A DNA stretch of 64,000 nt from a virus, in IMG/VR virus record IMGVR_UViG_3300030333_004588, positions 1 through 64,000 of that record, one strand, 5' to 3'. Below, piece after piece: positions 9,503 to 19,408 of the stretch; positions within the stretch are counted from its first letter, which is position 1, and each line of letters begins with the position of its first letter. The notes below the pieces were generated by a model that was not told where the DNA came from, searched no databases, and saw only the letters and a program-made list of their open reading frames with translations. A program made the translations under genes and the position numbers.

Positions 9503-9961
9503 TTACCAACTTACTTCCCAATCTTTAAACTCTGATGCAATACAATCTATCTTGTAGTCTTTTCTACCACCAACTCGTTCCATAATTTTGTTCACGGCAG
9601 TGTTTCTTATACCATTAAGTCCATGTGTTAACATTAAATTATCGGAACCTCTTTCACCTTTCCTAACCATTGACTCATTATACCAAATATGAGCATTCAT
9701 TTGTGATAAAACTATAACTGCTCTGATGAATTCACCATCAATTTTACCACCCTTTTCTTTAAGTATTAATTCAATATCATGAACCATATCTTTCATCTCT
9801 TTTGCATAGTTATCTTTATTCTCAGGTATAAATACCTCTTTCAACTGATGAATACTTAATCTATCAATTAATTCACCTAATGTTGGTAACCACTTTCTAC
9901 TTTTTGACTTCATCTTTAAACTCCTCATATGTATTAAATTTAACTTGTCCTTGGTCTTCAA
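9503..9961 (-). CDS. Hypothetical protein (DUF6165-like N-terminus)
   Basis: TLGELIDRLSI motif; true start may be an internal Met. Confidence 0.45.
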   Translation of the reverse strand: MKTKDKLNLIHMRSLKMKSKSRKWLPTLGELIDRLSIHQLKEVFIPENKDNYAKEMKDMVHDIELILKEKGGKIDGEFIRAVIVLSQMNAHIWYNESMVRKGERGSDNLMLTHGLNGIRNTAVNKIMERVGGRKDYKIDCIASEFKDWEVSW

Positions 9962-10982
9962 ATCTCTTAATGTTCTTACGACTCATTTTAGTAATTATTT
10001 GAAACCAATTATTATCTCTTCTTTTTTCGTGTGTCATTTTATCTTGGTCTTCATCTTTGACATAAAGTCTTTTTCTTGGATGATTTCTATTATGAACCTT
10101 TAGTATATTCTTAATAACAAATTGTCTATAATCACTACCCATCATTTTCAAACATGATATTAAAAAACTTGTATCATCACCAACCATAGAAACTGCAGGT
10201 GGTAAGTTAACTCCACCTCTCACTAAATCTGATGACATCACTAAACAACTACCATCAAATTTTGGTTCTGTAATCAATTGAACATCAAGTTCTTTTGTTT
10301 TGGAATTAACTTCTTCCATTTCTTCTTGTGTCATAGTGTATCTAATAGACCAAGGTGATGTTAATGCCTTTCTTGTATCTTCCTCTGTATCCATATCATA
10401 ATATGGTTTATTAGTAAACTCAGGGTGTTCTAAAACTCTCCAAGTCTCATCCCACATTTTTCTAAGTGCAAATGTTAATGTATATCTGTAGATTTCTTGA
10501 GAGTCTGCATATTCTTTTACACCCTCTAATACATGAAAGAATTCTCTTGGTAATAAACAATCACTTTCACCCCACACTAAATAGTCACAAGGCATACACC
10601 ATTTTAAATTGAAATCTCTTCTATAGTCTGCAATACAATATGGTTTATCTGCCTGATAAACATTACTTTTTACCAACACTCCCCACTTACTAACTTCAGA
10701 ACATTTTTCATTAAATCTTTTGATTAATTCTTTTTTAGTAATTACATCATCATCTACTGATTCAAAGAATTCTGATATATTAAAGAATAAATCCACAATT
10801 ATATTTTTGGGATTTTCTACTATTTCAAGTGCTCTTTTTATTGAATTTAGATACTCATCTAACATCTCAATCTCATAAAACATTACATGACAACCTATTG
10901 CATATTTATTTTTTAAGTTCATCAAACAACTCCATTTGGTTTTTATCTTTTGGATATGGATTAAACCATTCACCATATTCAT
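9897..10982 (-). CDS. Putative GT-A glycosyltransferase
   Basis: DYLVWGESDCL (xxD motif), GDD; gene context. Confidence 0.5.
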   Translation of the reverse strand: MNMVNGLIHIQKIKTKWSCLMNLKNKYAIGCHVMFYEIEMLDEYLNSIKRALEIVENPKNIIVDLFFNISEFFESVDDDVITKKELIKRFNEKCSEVSKWGVLVKSNVYQADKPYCIADYRRDFNLKWCMPCDYLVWGESDCLLPREFFHVLEGVKEYADSQEIYRYTLTFALRKMWDETWRVLEHPEFTNKPYYDMDTEEDTRKALTSPWSIRYTMTQEEMEEVNSKTKELDVQLITEPKFDGSCLVMSSDLVRGGVNLPPAVSMVGDDTSFLISCLKMMGSDYRQFVIKNILKVHNRNHPRKRLYVKDEDQDKMTHEKRRDNNWFQIITKMSRKNIKRFEDQGQVKFNTYEEFKDEVKK

Positions 10983-11160
10983 CTACCCACAATTCCCATC
11001 CACGAAGATTTTCTCTTTTACTTCTCTTTTCATCATACATGAGATTTAATTGTATTGTCTCTAACATATCAGGTGTCAATCTATCACTACACTCTAAAAC
11101 TATTGGTAGTTTACTATGTCTAATTTTCTTCATAGTTTTCCTTAATTTCATTCCATACAT
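10906..11160 (-). CDS. Hypothetical protein
   Basis: ORF track. Confidence 0.45.
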   Translation of the reverse strand: MYGMKLRKTMKKIRHSKLPIVLECSDRLTPDMLETIQLNLMYDEKRSKRENLRGWELWVDEYGEWFNPYPKDKNQMELFDELKK

Positions 11161-11872
11161 TCATCATTAATTGATTTCTCATTTTCTTTTCAAATCCATT
11201 AAAGTGCCAAACATAACCAACTTCCCACATAGGACATAGATTACTTTGTAATACACCTCTTAAATGTAATTGTGATAAGTTAAATCTTTCATCAAGATAG
11301 TTTAATTTATGTTCACTTGCCCTTATCATATAATTAATTGGTGTTTGGTCTGACCCTTTTTTCAATGTTTCGTGTTGTCTTCTTCTTAACTCATCTTCAT
11401 TTTCAAGATAAAAATCCATAACACCTTTACACCAATCTTTGTGTTTTTTACTCATTACAATAAATCCACAATTAAAATAATCTGTCCAATCAAACTTTGT
11501 ATCTGGCCAGAAGTCTTGATATCCTTTTATACTATTGTGTGTCCATTCAATATTAAACTTATCCATCACTGCACTAAACTCACCATCAGTTTGTTCAAAG
11601 AAATTAGGACAATCCCAATGAACCATTGTGTCTACATCCACTAATGCAACTTGGTCATATTCTATCTCATTAGATTCAAGTATTTCATGAACCCACCATC
11701 TTTGCCATGTTGGTTTCATAATTGATTTATCTCTTATCTCTGTATCAAGAACAAATAATTCTACATTATTTTTCTTACACCAATAGTCCCATGATTTAAA
11801 ACACCATTCCTTGTAATCAAGATAGTCTGGTGCCCCATCCATACATGTCATAAATACTACATTATTCTTCAA
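11120..11872 (-). CDS. Glycosyltransferase (GT8/GT34-like)
   Basis: LVDVDT, YFNCGF, SDQTPINY and WHFNG motifs. Confidence 0.8.
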   Translation of the reverse strand: MKNNVVFMTCMDGAPDYLDYKEWCFKSWDYWCKKNNVELFVLDTEIRDKSIMKPTWQRWWVHEILESNEIEYDQVALVDVDTMVHWDCPNFFEQTDGEFSAVMDKFNIEWTHNSIKGYQDFWPDTKFDWTDYFNCGFIVMSKKHKDWCKGVMDFYLENEDELRRRQHETLKKGSDQTPINYMIRASEHKLNYLDERFNLSQLHLRGVLQSNLCPMWEVGYVWHFNGFEKKMRNQLMMNVWNEIKENYEEN

Positions 11873-12113
11873 TTAAACCACTCCATTTTTTTAGTTTTTC
11901 TCTTTTTATATCTGACCTTAAATCTACATCATCCCAACTGATTAAGTCATATTCATGTAGTAAATCAACCATACACATAACATCACCGACTTCTTCAGTT
12001 AGTTTTTCGTTATCGTAATACTTATCACATCTGATTGCCTTACTACATTCTTGAATTAATTCACCACACTCTTCCATAGTGATTGTTAATAGTTCTTGTA
12101 ATTTATCCTTCAT
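11862..12113 (-). CDS. MazG-like nucleotide pyrophosphohydrolase
   Basis: MEECGELIQ...EEVGDV. Confidence 0.8.
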   Translation of the reverse strand: MKDKLQELLTITMEECGELIQECSKAIRCDKYYDNEKLTEEVGDVMCMVDLLHEYDLISWDDVDLRSDIKREKLKKWSGLIEE

Positions 12114-12999
12114 TAGTCCCTCTTACACCCTCAATATAATCTAATAAATCTATTGTTGGATTCCAACCCAATAGTTCTTTTGCCTTAGTATCTGTACAAA
12201 GTGTTTCTTTTACTTCACCTGGTCTTTTTGGTATGTAAGTATATCCCCAATCAAATGATTGTGCAACAACATTAATTGAATAATTTTCTCCTCTACCCAA
12301 TTCAAATATTTGTCCATTTACTTTATATTTGTTTGTATCTAATACTAATGCATCACCACATTTAACTAACCCATCTACAATATCATATACATGAGTAAAG
12401 TCTCTTCTCTGTTCACCATCACCTGTAATAGTTAATTCATCTCCATTTTTATATTGTGTTTCAAATATACCAATTACAGTACAATATTCACCCTCTGTTA
12501 ATTGATGAGGCCCATATACATTATAAAATCTACATATTGCCATTGGTAAATCAAATAGTTTATTATACATTTGAATAACTTCTTCACCTTGCCACTTTGT
12601 AAATGTGTATGGATTTTTATATACACCACCATGAAAACTACTTGACCCTGCATAAACTATTGGGATATCATCTTCTTTATTTCTTACCCATTCTAATAAA
12701 TTCAATGTTCCAAGAACATTTGCCTCAAAAGTTATTGCAGGAAACTCAAATGATGGTTGTATCCTTGGTAATGCAGCTAAATGATAAATTAAATCAGGTT
12801 TTTCTATAAAGAAATCAAAGTCAACTGCATCCCTTAAATCTACATTAAAGTATGTTACATTTTTATGGTCAATTTCATTTTCTTCTTTACCTGTTGAATA
12901 ATTATCTAAACTAACTACTTTGTGTCCATCGTCCAATAATCTCTTTATCAGATTTGTTCCAACAAATCCTGCACCTCCTGTGACTAATATTTTCATCAT
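12103..12999 (-). CDS. NAD-dependent nucleotide-sugar epimerase/dehydratase
   Basis: GGAGFVG, YxxxK (YTFTK), RFYNVYGP, RDFTHV. Confidence 0.9.
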   Translation of the reverse strand: MMKILVTGGAGFVGTNLIKRLLDDGHKVVSLDNYSTGKEENEIDHKNVTYFNVDLRDAVDFDFFIEKPDLIYHLAALPRIQPSFEFPAITFEANVLGTLNLLEWVRNKEDDIPIVYAGSSSFHGGVYKNPYTFTKWQGEEVIQMYNKLFDLPMAICRFYNVYGPHQLTEGEYCTVIGIFETQYKNGDELTITGDGEQRRDFTHVYDIVDGLVKCGDALVLDTNKYKVNGQIFELGRGENYSINVVAQSFDWGYTYIPKRPGEVKETLCTDTKAKELLGWNPTIDLLDYIEGVRGTNEG

Positions 13000-13008
13000 C
13001 TTTTTCTC

Positions 13009-13689
13009 CTATATTTTGTAAGTCTCAAATTTTGTTCCCTCTAATCTTAAATTAATAAAAGGATTTAAAGAACATATATTAACTTCATGAAAGTTTAATA
13101 ATTGTTTTAATGCAATTGTTTCTCTTTCCATGTTGTTTAAAAATCCTTTTATACCATCCCAATTACTTGCAGATGTCCAATCTTTTTCTACATATTCATG
13201 ATAATACATTTTACCATCAATCTCTCCACCATCATGTCCACATAATATTATATTTTTTGCTCCCATATAGTATGCAATGTGAACTGCAGTGGTCACGGTT
13301 GAACGACTAACAATAATTTCTTCATCAATGTCAAGTTCCATTAGTTCCATGTCAAAATCTTTTTTTCTTGGATTATGAGTAAACATATATGAATTAGGAT
13401 TATTACAATTATTCACTCCTTTGTCTTCATAACCTTTATAATACTGACTATAAATTAATGGTATATCTTTTTCTTTTAATTCTTCTACCAATCTTGTAAA
13501 TCTTGGTTCTTCATTACAATCTTTTACAACTACATAATCACATTCAAAGTATCTGAAAATATCATTTACACCAAGAACTATTTTATTATCAAAAAAACTT
13601 TTGTCAATATGATTTAATGATGGGCCACCACTAACAACATAAATGTCTTTGTCTTTATGAATATTTTTTAATGAACCGAAATCTTTCAT
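13009..13689 (-). CDS. Maf/DUF115 (MptE-like) putative ulosonate transferase
   Basis: VVSGGPSL...GVN...AYYMGAKNIILCGHD. Confidence 0.7.
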   Translation of the reverse strand: MKDFGSLKNIHKDKDIYVVSGGPSLNHIDKSFFDNKIVLGVNDIFRYFECDYVVVKDCNEEPRFTRLVEELKEKDIPLIYSQYYKGYEDKGVNNCNNPNSYMFTHNPRKKDFDMELMELDIDEEIIVSRSTVTTAVHIAYYMGAKNIILCGHDGGEIDGKMYYHEYVEKDWTSASNWDGIKGFLNNMERETIALKQLLNFHEVNICSLNPFINLRLEGTKFETYKI

Positions 13690-14357
13690 TTTGTGAATCT
13701 CCTATATAAAAATTTACCAAAATCAAAATCAATTTGATTATCAACATCAACACCCTCTACATCATCAATCTCATAAAAATGTGGTTTATACCCAATTATA
13801 TTTTTACTATCAATCATAACATTTCTATCAATAATAGAAAGACTATAAGTTAGTTTATAGATATCAGGTAAGTCTTGTGTATTTGGTGAATTCATTGGGT
13901 CATAGTTTAATGGTTTATCATCTAACCACATATGATGTTTCAATACATTCACGGTAGTCAAACTATCGTATCCATTATCTATACCATTAATAAATCTGTT
14001 AATAAAATCATAATATGTGCTTTCTTTAACTAATGGTGCAGTGCAAGGACTATAAATTAAATAATCTGTATCTGTTGTTTTTGCCATGTTCTCAAAGAAT
14101 TCACTATTAGTACATTCGTTACTTGCATAATATGTTTCTCTTCTTTTTTTACTAACACCATATTTGTCTGCAATGTCCATGGCTCTTTGTGAATCAGTAT
14201 TAACAATAATCTCATCAATTAAAGTAATCTTTTTCAACATCTCAAGTTTAACCTCAAGTAAACTTTTACCATCAACAAATGGTATAAAGTTTTTATCAAT
14301 TATTCTTTGTGACCCTTTCCTAATAGGAACCACCGCAGTTATTTTTTTTCTACTCAT
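13686..14357 (-). CDS. neuA: Acylneuraminate/ulosonate cytidylyltransferase (NeuA-like)
   Basis: VPIRKGSQRIIDKN, TAPL, DVDNQIDF. Confidence 0.8.
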   Translation of the reverse strand: MSRKKITAVVPIRKGSQRIIDKNFIPFVDGKSLLEVKLEMLKKITLIDEIIVNTDSQRAMDIADKYGVSKKRRETYYASNECTNSEFFENMAKTTDTDYLIYSPCTAPLVKESTYYDFINRFINGIDNGYDSLTTVNVLKHHMWLDDKPLNYDPMNSPNTQDLPDIYKLTYSLSIIDRNVMIDSKNIIGYKPHFYEIDDVEGVDVDNQIDFDFGKFLYRRFTK

Positions 14358-14721
14358 CTAACAATCTCTCCAATAAAAATAATGTTCTATCTCTTGATTC
14401 ATCATCACCAAATTCTAACGCCTTATCATCAATATAATAATCTGCAATTATTTTTGGACTTGGGCCTGATACCTTTTTTGTATATGGATTAACTTGATGC
14501 ATATCAAATATCAATCCTTTACTTTCACACCAATCAATTGCTTCTTGTAGTGCAGGTTCACCTCTACTTGTCCATAAAATTAACTTGTGTCCTTTTTTCT
14601 GTAATTTTTTTAGAATACTCATTAATCGTTTTTGTTTTTTAGTTTGTTCTCCTATGTCAGGAAAATTATACTCTGTTAAACAACCATCAAAATCAACTGC
14701 GAATATAAGTGTTTGACCCAT
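14350..14721 (-). CDS. HAD-family phosphatase (capless)
   Basis: VDFDGCL, WTSR, K...YIDDKA. Confidence 0.8.
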   Translation of the reverse strand: MGQTLIFAVDFDGCLTEYNFPDIGEQTKKQKRLMSILKKLQKKGHKLILWTSRGEPALQEAIDWCESKGLIFDMHQVNPYTKKVSGPSPKIIADYYIDDKALEFGDDESRDRTLFLLERLLDE

Positions 14722-15817
14722 AACTTTCTCCTTTATTTATATTACTATCTACTAATTCTTTTCCTATAAGATATGCCTCACGAATATTATTTAAATCATT
14801 ATAAAACCCATTATCATTATAATCGTAGACATCTTTAATATGTTTATAAATAAGATTTCTTGCAAATGTTCCAACTGCAACTCCTTGAAATCTTACATTA
14901 CCTTGAACTGCTAAATCTGCAGTCAATGAATTTGTTCCACCTGATAAGACAACATTCAATTGTCGTCTTCTCTTGTATATCAATTGTTTATCTTTTTTAT
15001 TTAATCTCATATTAAATTGTTTATTAACTACATCTGCAGTTGCAACTGCCTGTAATGTAGTATTGAAATCATTTCTACCACCACTCATTGGATAACCATC
15101 TGCCTGTAATATCATTAGTCCAGGTTTTGTCATATCTAATGCCTTCTCAATTCTATTTTTTAATTCAAAGTTTCCAATGTGTAATCTATCCAAACACATA
15201 CTATTGTGTCCATCTGGATTTGCCTTCACAACCATTTCCCATTCTTTCATAATCACATCGGTTTCTGCAACTGCCGCATGTAACTCTATATTCTCTGCAC
15301 CTAACTCTATACATTGTGGTAATAATTCTTCTAATGCCTTTTCATTATGACTATAAGTTATACACTCTACAATAGGACAAACTGCACTACATGCACCACA
15401 CCCAATACATTTCTCAGTAATCACAAATGCAGTTTCAACTTTTATTTCAATAGGTTCAATTGCCTCTGTAGGACAAACTGGTGCAACACATAAACCACAT
15501 TTTACACACATATCTTCATGTATGAATGCCTTCCTAACATGGTGGTCACCTGGCATTCCAACACTAACCATAACATATGGTCTTACACCAATATCAATAC
15601 CAAGTTTATCTGACACATCATATGCCCTATCAATACCATCCATTGCTGCCTTTACAACATCAGGTGTTGTAGAAATATCTAATCCCTTTGCACCTGCCAA
15701 TGTATAAATCATTGCAAGTCTACGAACTTCTTCAGTATCTTCGTTACCTGCCCCACATATCATCTTGAAATATTGATTGTTATGAAATAATTCTTGTAAT
15801 TGTTCTTGTCTTGTCAT
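14693..15817 (-). CDS. LdpA-like 2x[4Fe-4S] protein
   Basis: FKMICGAG...YTLAGA N-terminus, DHHVRKA, two ferredoxin motifs (CVKCGLC..CP; CIGCGACSAVCP), QADGYPMSG, SGGTN. Confidence 0.75.
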   Translation of the reverse strand: MTRQEQLQELFHNNQYFKMICGAGNEDTEEVRRLAMIYTLAGAKGLDISTTPDVVKAAMDGIDRAYDVSDKLGIDIGVRPYVMVSVGMPGDHHVRKAFIHEDMCVKCGLCVAPVCPTEAIEPIEIKVETAFVITEKCIGCGACSAVCPIVECITYSHNEKALEELLPQCIELGAENIELHAAVAETDVIMKEWEMVVKANPDGHNSMCLDRLHIGNFELKNRIEKALDMTKPGLMILQADGYPMSGGRNDFNTTLQAVATADVVNKQFNMRLNKKDKQLIYKRRRQLNVVLSGGTNSLTADLAVQGNVRFQGVAVGTFARNLIYKHIKDVYDYNDNGFYNDLNNIREAYLIGKELVDSNINKGESYGSNTYIRS

Positions 15818-16566
15818 AACCTATCCTGTATTTCTTTTGACCTTGTATTATATTCTGTTGAGAACCTATTGTAATGTGATGCCTTACTTTCTAACCACAA
15901 TGATTCCCACTCTAACATAAGTGAAATGATTGTGTTTAAATCATTTATATTACTTTCATCTAAACTCAAAATAACATTTCTTGTCTCAATACAATCTAAT
16001 ATTTCTTTCTTAAATAATTCTTGAATAAACTCTATACTTTGTGTTCCAATGTTTCCACCCATATAAGTTTTCAATCCTAATTTCTTTGACTCTTGTAAGA
16101 TATGAGTTACCACCTTACAAATTTCAGAAGACATTACATCTTGTTTACCATAACCAAATGACTTTGTTAAATCAGAACGACCAACTACAATACCACTTAA
16201 CATTTTACTTGTAGGTGATTCTAATATATCATTCAAATTATTATATGCCTGTTGACTTTCAATATTAATAAATTTATTACCATCATAAGGTAATTTATTA
16301 ATTGATTCTGAAAACTTTTGTAATGCAAATCTTGATTCAACCATTGGTGCAACAATCCCATCCACATTTAAATCAATACAACGATTGATATCAGAGATTG
16401 CTTCACACCCACCAATTTTAACACTCAATTTTAAATCTAATTCTCTACAAACTTTAGATATTTTCCAAAGGTCTGAATCTAAAACTCCTTCATCTTCAAA
16501 AGATTGTTTTATTCCTATGACACCATTATCTTTAAGTTCATCCAATAATTTTACCATATAACTCAT
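15814..16566 (-). CDS. HpcH/HpaI aldolase / citrate-lyase-beta family protein
   Basis: KIGGCEA, GIVAPMVES, INIES, VGRSDL. Confidence 0.75.
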   Translation of the reverse strand: MSYMVKLLDELKDNGVIGIKQSFEDEGVLDSDLWKISKVCRELDLKLSVKIGGCEAISDINRCIDLNVDGIVAPMVESRFALQKFSESINKLPYDGNKFINIESQQAYNNLNDILESPTSKMLSGIVVGRSDLTKSFGYGKQDVMSSEICKVVTHILQESKKLGLKTYMGGNIGTQSIEFIQELFKKEILDCIETRNVILSLDESNINDLNTIISLMLEWESLWLESKASHYNRFSTEYNTRSKEIQDRL

Positions 16567-17164
16567 TTTGTTTTTCTTGTTTTTCTATTGTTTTTGGGTG
16601 ATAAATACACAATTCTTCATGTGGTGGTAAATGTGAATATGTTTTACAACCTGTAATTATTTCGTGTACTGGTTTCTCCCATCTGATATCATCTCTATTT
16701 CTAAAAACTCTACTTTGATAATCAGGAAAATTAATCCACCCTTTTTCTGTTACTGACCATCTCCATTTATCAATATGTTCTTGTGTAATACCATCTACGG
16801 TATTAATTCTTGGTATCCAAATTAAATCAACATCATTAATTTCTAATATTTGTTTTAATTGTGACATAAGAACTTTATGTGGTATTTCATCTGCATCCAA
16901 ATGAAATATATAGTCACCTGTAGATTTTTCTATAACTGAATTTTTCTTTCTTGAAAAATCATTATTTAATTGTTGTTCATAAAAAACTATATCAGGATAT
17001 TGTCCATGTATATATTCATCAAATACTCTCCAACATTGATAATCAGAATGGTCGTCACATATAACAATTTCGTCACCCTCATCACGATGTTCAACAAGAA
17101 ACTTAAGTAGTTTTTCTATTTCTTTATGTTCATTATGAACGGTTATACCATAGGTAATCTTCAT
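16538..17164 (-). CDS. Glycosyltransferase family 2
   Basis: VHNE, DDHSD, HLDADE, VHE. Confidence 0.85.
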   Translation of the reverse strand: MKITYGITVHNEHKEIEKLLKFLVEHRDEGDEIVICDDHSDYQCWRVFDEYIHGQYPDIVFYEQQLNNDFSRKKNSVIEKSTGDYIFHLDADEIPHKVLMSQLKQILEINDVDLIWIPRINTVDGITQEHIDKWRWSVTEKGWINFPDYQSRVFRNRDDIRWEKPVHEIITGCKTYSHLPPHEELCIYHPKTIEKQEKQNELYGKIIG

Positions 17165-17646
17165 AATTCAATATCAAGTTCCATTATTTTTTGTTCTATA
17201 ATCAAATCATCTAAGGCTTCTTGTGGTAATTCATGATACTCATCTTCAAGATAAACTCTTCTTTTTCTACACTCTCTTAAAGTATAAGTTCTGAATATTT
17301 TATATTGTTCTATATAATCTTTTAATGTTCTGTATAATTTTTTTACATCTGATTGTGAAATTGTATTTTGGAAATCACCAACCTCTGTTGTGTTTTTATC
17401 TTTACTTAATCCACCAAATTGTTCAATCAATGCTTGAAATTTTGAGGCAGTGATTGGTCTTGTGACTGCAGTGTCTAATTGTAACCCAACAAAAAAGTAT
17501 GTAAGTCTTCCATTCTTTTTTCTATATGGATATCTTGGACTTAAACATAACACGGTTCTTCTAATTCCTTTTGTTTCATTTTTACTCTTATAAATAAAAG
17601 AAACTATCTGACCTGGTTGAACTTTATCCCATGAAGTATTTTTCAT
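17161..17646 (-). CDS. Hypothetical protein
   Basis: ORF track; overlapping start/stop codons. Confidence 0.55.
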   Translation of the reverse strand: MKNTSWDKVQPGQIVSFIYKSKNETKGIRRTVLCLSPRYPYRKKNGRLTYFFVGLQLDTAVTRPITASKFQALIEQFGGLSKDKNTTEVGDFQNTISQSDVKKLYRTLKDYIEQYKIFRTYTLRECRKRRVYLEDEYHELPQEALDDLIIEQKIMELDIEL

Positions 17647-18086
17647 TCTTTTATAATTCCCATATCTTTACATGCATCCATGAACTCGTGTTGTCCATAT
17701 GACTTTGCATTATCAACATCTAATTTATGTTCATGTCCCTCATATTGTGGGTCTTTCATTTCTTCTTCTGTTAATTTAGTTACTTGTGCAAATTTCCACA
17801 TCCAATTATTTTTAGTCCCATCTGGATAAATTATTCCAAACTTACCCATGTTTAATACTGATGGAAACCATGTAATCTTTCTATCATAATCAAATACTGA
17901 TATTTCATTCATTAATTGTGTTGATGATTCAACTGCCTTTTTCAGTTCTTCTGTATCGTTTTTGTAATATGAATTACTTGTGAACCCACATTTAAAACAA
18001 ATATAGGAAGTAAAGTGTTCAGTAGATTCTTCAAAACATTGATTCTCAGTAAAACAATTTGGACATTTAGTTTTTACTTCTGACAT
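17643..18086 (-). CDS. Zn-ribbon hypothetical protein
   Basis: CPNC...CFKCG. Confidence 0.6.
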   Translation of the reverse strand: MSEVKTKCPNCFTENQCFEESTEHFTSYICFKCGFTSNSYYKNDTEELKKAVESSTQLMNEISVFDYDRKITWFPSVLNMGKFGIIYPDGTKNNWMWKFAQVTKLTEEEMKDPQYEGHEHKLDVDNAKSYGQHEFMDACKDMGIIKE

Positions 18087-19408
18087 TATATCTTCCTCAA
18101 TTTAGGTAAACCCTTTTCTTTTGGTTTATCTTCTGTTTTCATATTGGGTAATTTTATATCAACTTGTTTAGGTAATGTATCTAATTGTTGGTCAATAATT
18201 TGTTCTAATCTTTCTCTCATTTTATCATGAGTAAACTTTTTTCTATTCATCAACATTAATTTTTTACCTTTAACTGCATACTTCGTATAATTTTTATATA
18301 CATCTCTAAGTATCTGTGATGCAAGACCATAATTAACACCAAACCACTCACAAGTATCAACCATAAATTCTTTTGGAAATGCACCTTTTGGAACTTTTAC
18401 ATATTGTCCAATAAGTTTTACGGTATTATTTTCATCAAGAAAATCTTTTTGTCCAGTCTCACATGGTGCAATAATTGGTTTACCACTAAATGATGCTTCA
18501 AGTAATGGACGACCAAAACCCTCACCATGAGTAAAAGATAAATGTGCCTTTACCTTTGGATGATTATATAAACAATTCATTTCATCATCAGTCAAGTCCC
18601 CATGTAATAACCAAACTTTAGGATATGTTTTTGCCTTTACATCTTTCCTTATATATTCAATTTTCTTTTTTATATCTTCTCTATCTATAACTGAAAATCC
18701 TGCACTACTTGTTTTTAAAATAAGTCCTGGTGGATTTGGCATATTTTTAAATACTTCAAAAAATACTTTAATCATCATACCGACATCTTTTCTATCTTCA
18801 CCGAGACCACCTTGTAACCAATGACCTGTATATAAAAAATTCCAATCTGTAGTTATCTTTTCAAACTCATCAACAAGTTGTTTTGAAAATTCATTAGTCT
18901 CTTTAAATATCTCTGGGTCTGCACCTTCAAATAATGTTGTTAACTGACTATTAACTTTTAGTTGACCTACTACTTTTCCACTTTGGTCTTTTTTATCATA
19001 AGATACATTTTTAAAATTAACTGCACTCCACTCTGATGTTATAATATTAACATCCATACGATTCAAACCCTCAACCCATGGTGCTGGTGGTATAGTATGT
19101 TCTATACCTGCCGTTACACCAATATTCTTTTTTGCAATTGGTGAAAATTCATTAGGTACACTAATTTGTAAATGAACTTCAGGTTGTCTTTCAATGTTTG
19201 GTTGTTTTAATATTCGTTTATGTATTTCTCTATGCCAATGATTGTGTTCTTCTAATGCATTCATTGGTGTGGTTCCCCATCTCATAGATTGTATTCTAAC
19301 ATCATATTTATCAGATTCAATAAGTGCCCTACAAATATCTCTTGTGTGATTTCCATATCCACTTCTTGTTGAAACTGGTCCAGTAACTAATACAATTGGT
19401 TTACTCAT
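18086..19408 (-). CDS. Glycosyltransferase family 4
   Basis: SGYG N-terminus; GEGFGRPLLEA. Confidence 0.85.
   Translation of the reverse strand: MSKPIVLVTGPVSTRSGYGNHTRDICRALIESDKYDVRIQSMRWGTTPMNALEEHNHWHREIHKRILKQPNIERQPEVHLQISVPNEFSPIAKKNIGVTAGIEHTIPPAPWVEGLNRMDVNIITSEWSAVNFKNVSYDKKDQSGKVVGQLKVNSQLTTLFEGADPEIFKETNEFSKQLVDEFEKITTDWNFLYTGHWLQGGLGEDRKDVGMMIKVFFEVFKNMPNPPGLILKTSSAGFSVIDREDIKKKIEYIRKDVKAKTYPKVWLLHGDLTDDEMNCLYNHPKVKAHLSFTHGEGFGRPLLEASFSGKPIIAPCETGQKDFLDENNTVKLIGQYVKVPKGAFPKEFMVDTCEWFGVNYGLASQILRDVYKNYTKYAVKGKKLMLMNRKKFTHDKMRERLEQIIDQQLDTLPKQVDIKLPNMKTEDKPKEKGLPKLRKI

Noticed and set aside
14693-15817. LdpA as evidence of circadian-clock manipulation or a cyanobacterial host
   Set aside because: No kai or photosynthesis genes in the window; the gene is embedded in a sugar-nucleotide operon.
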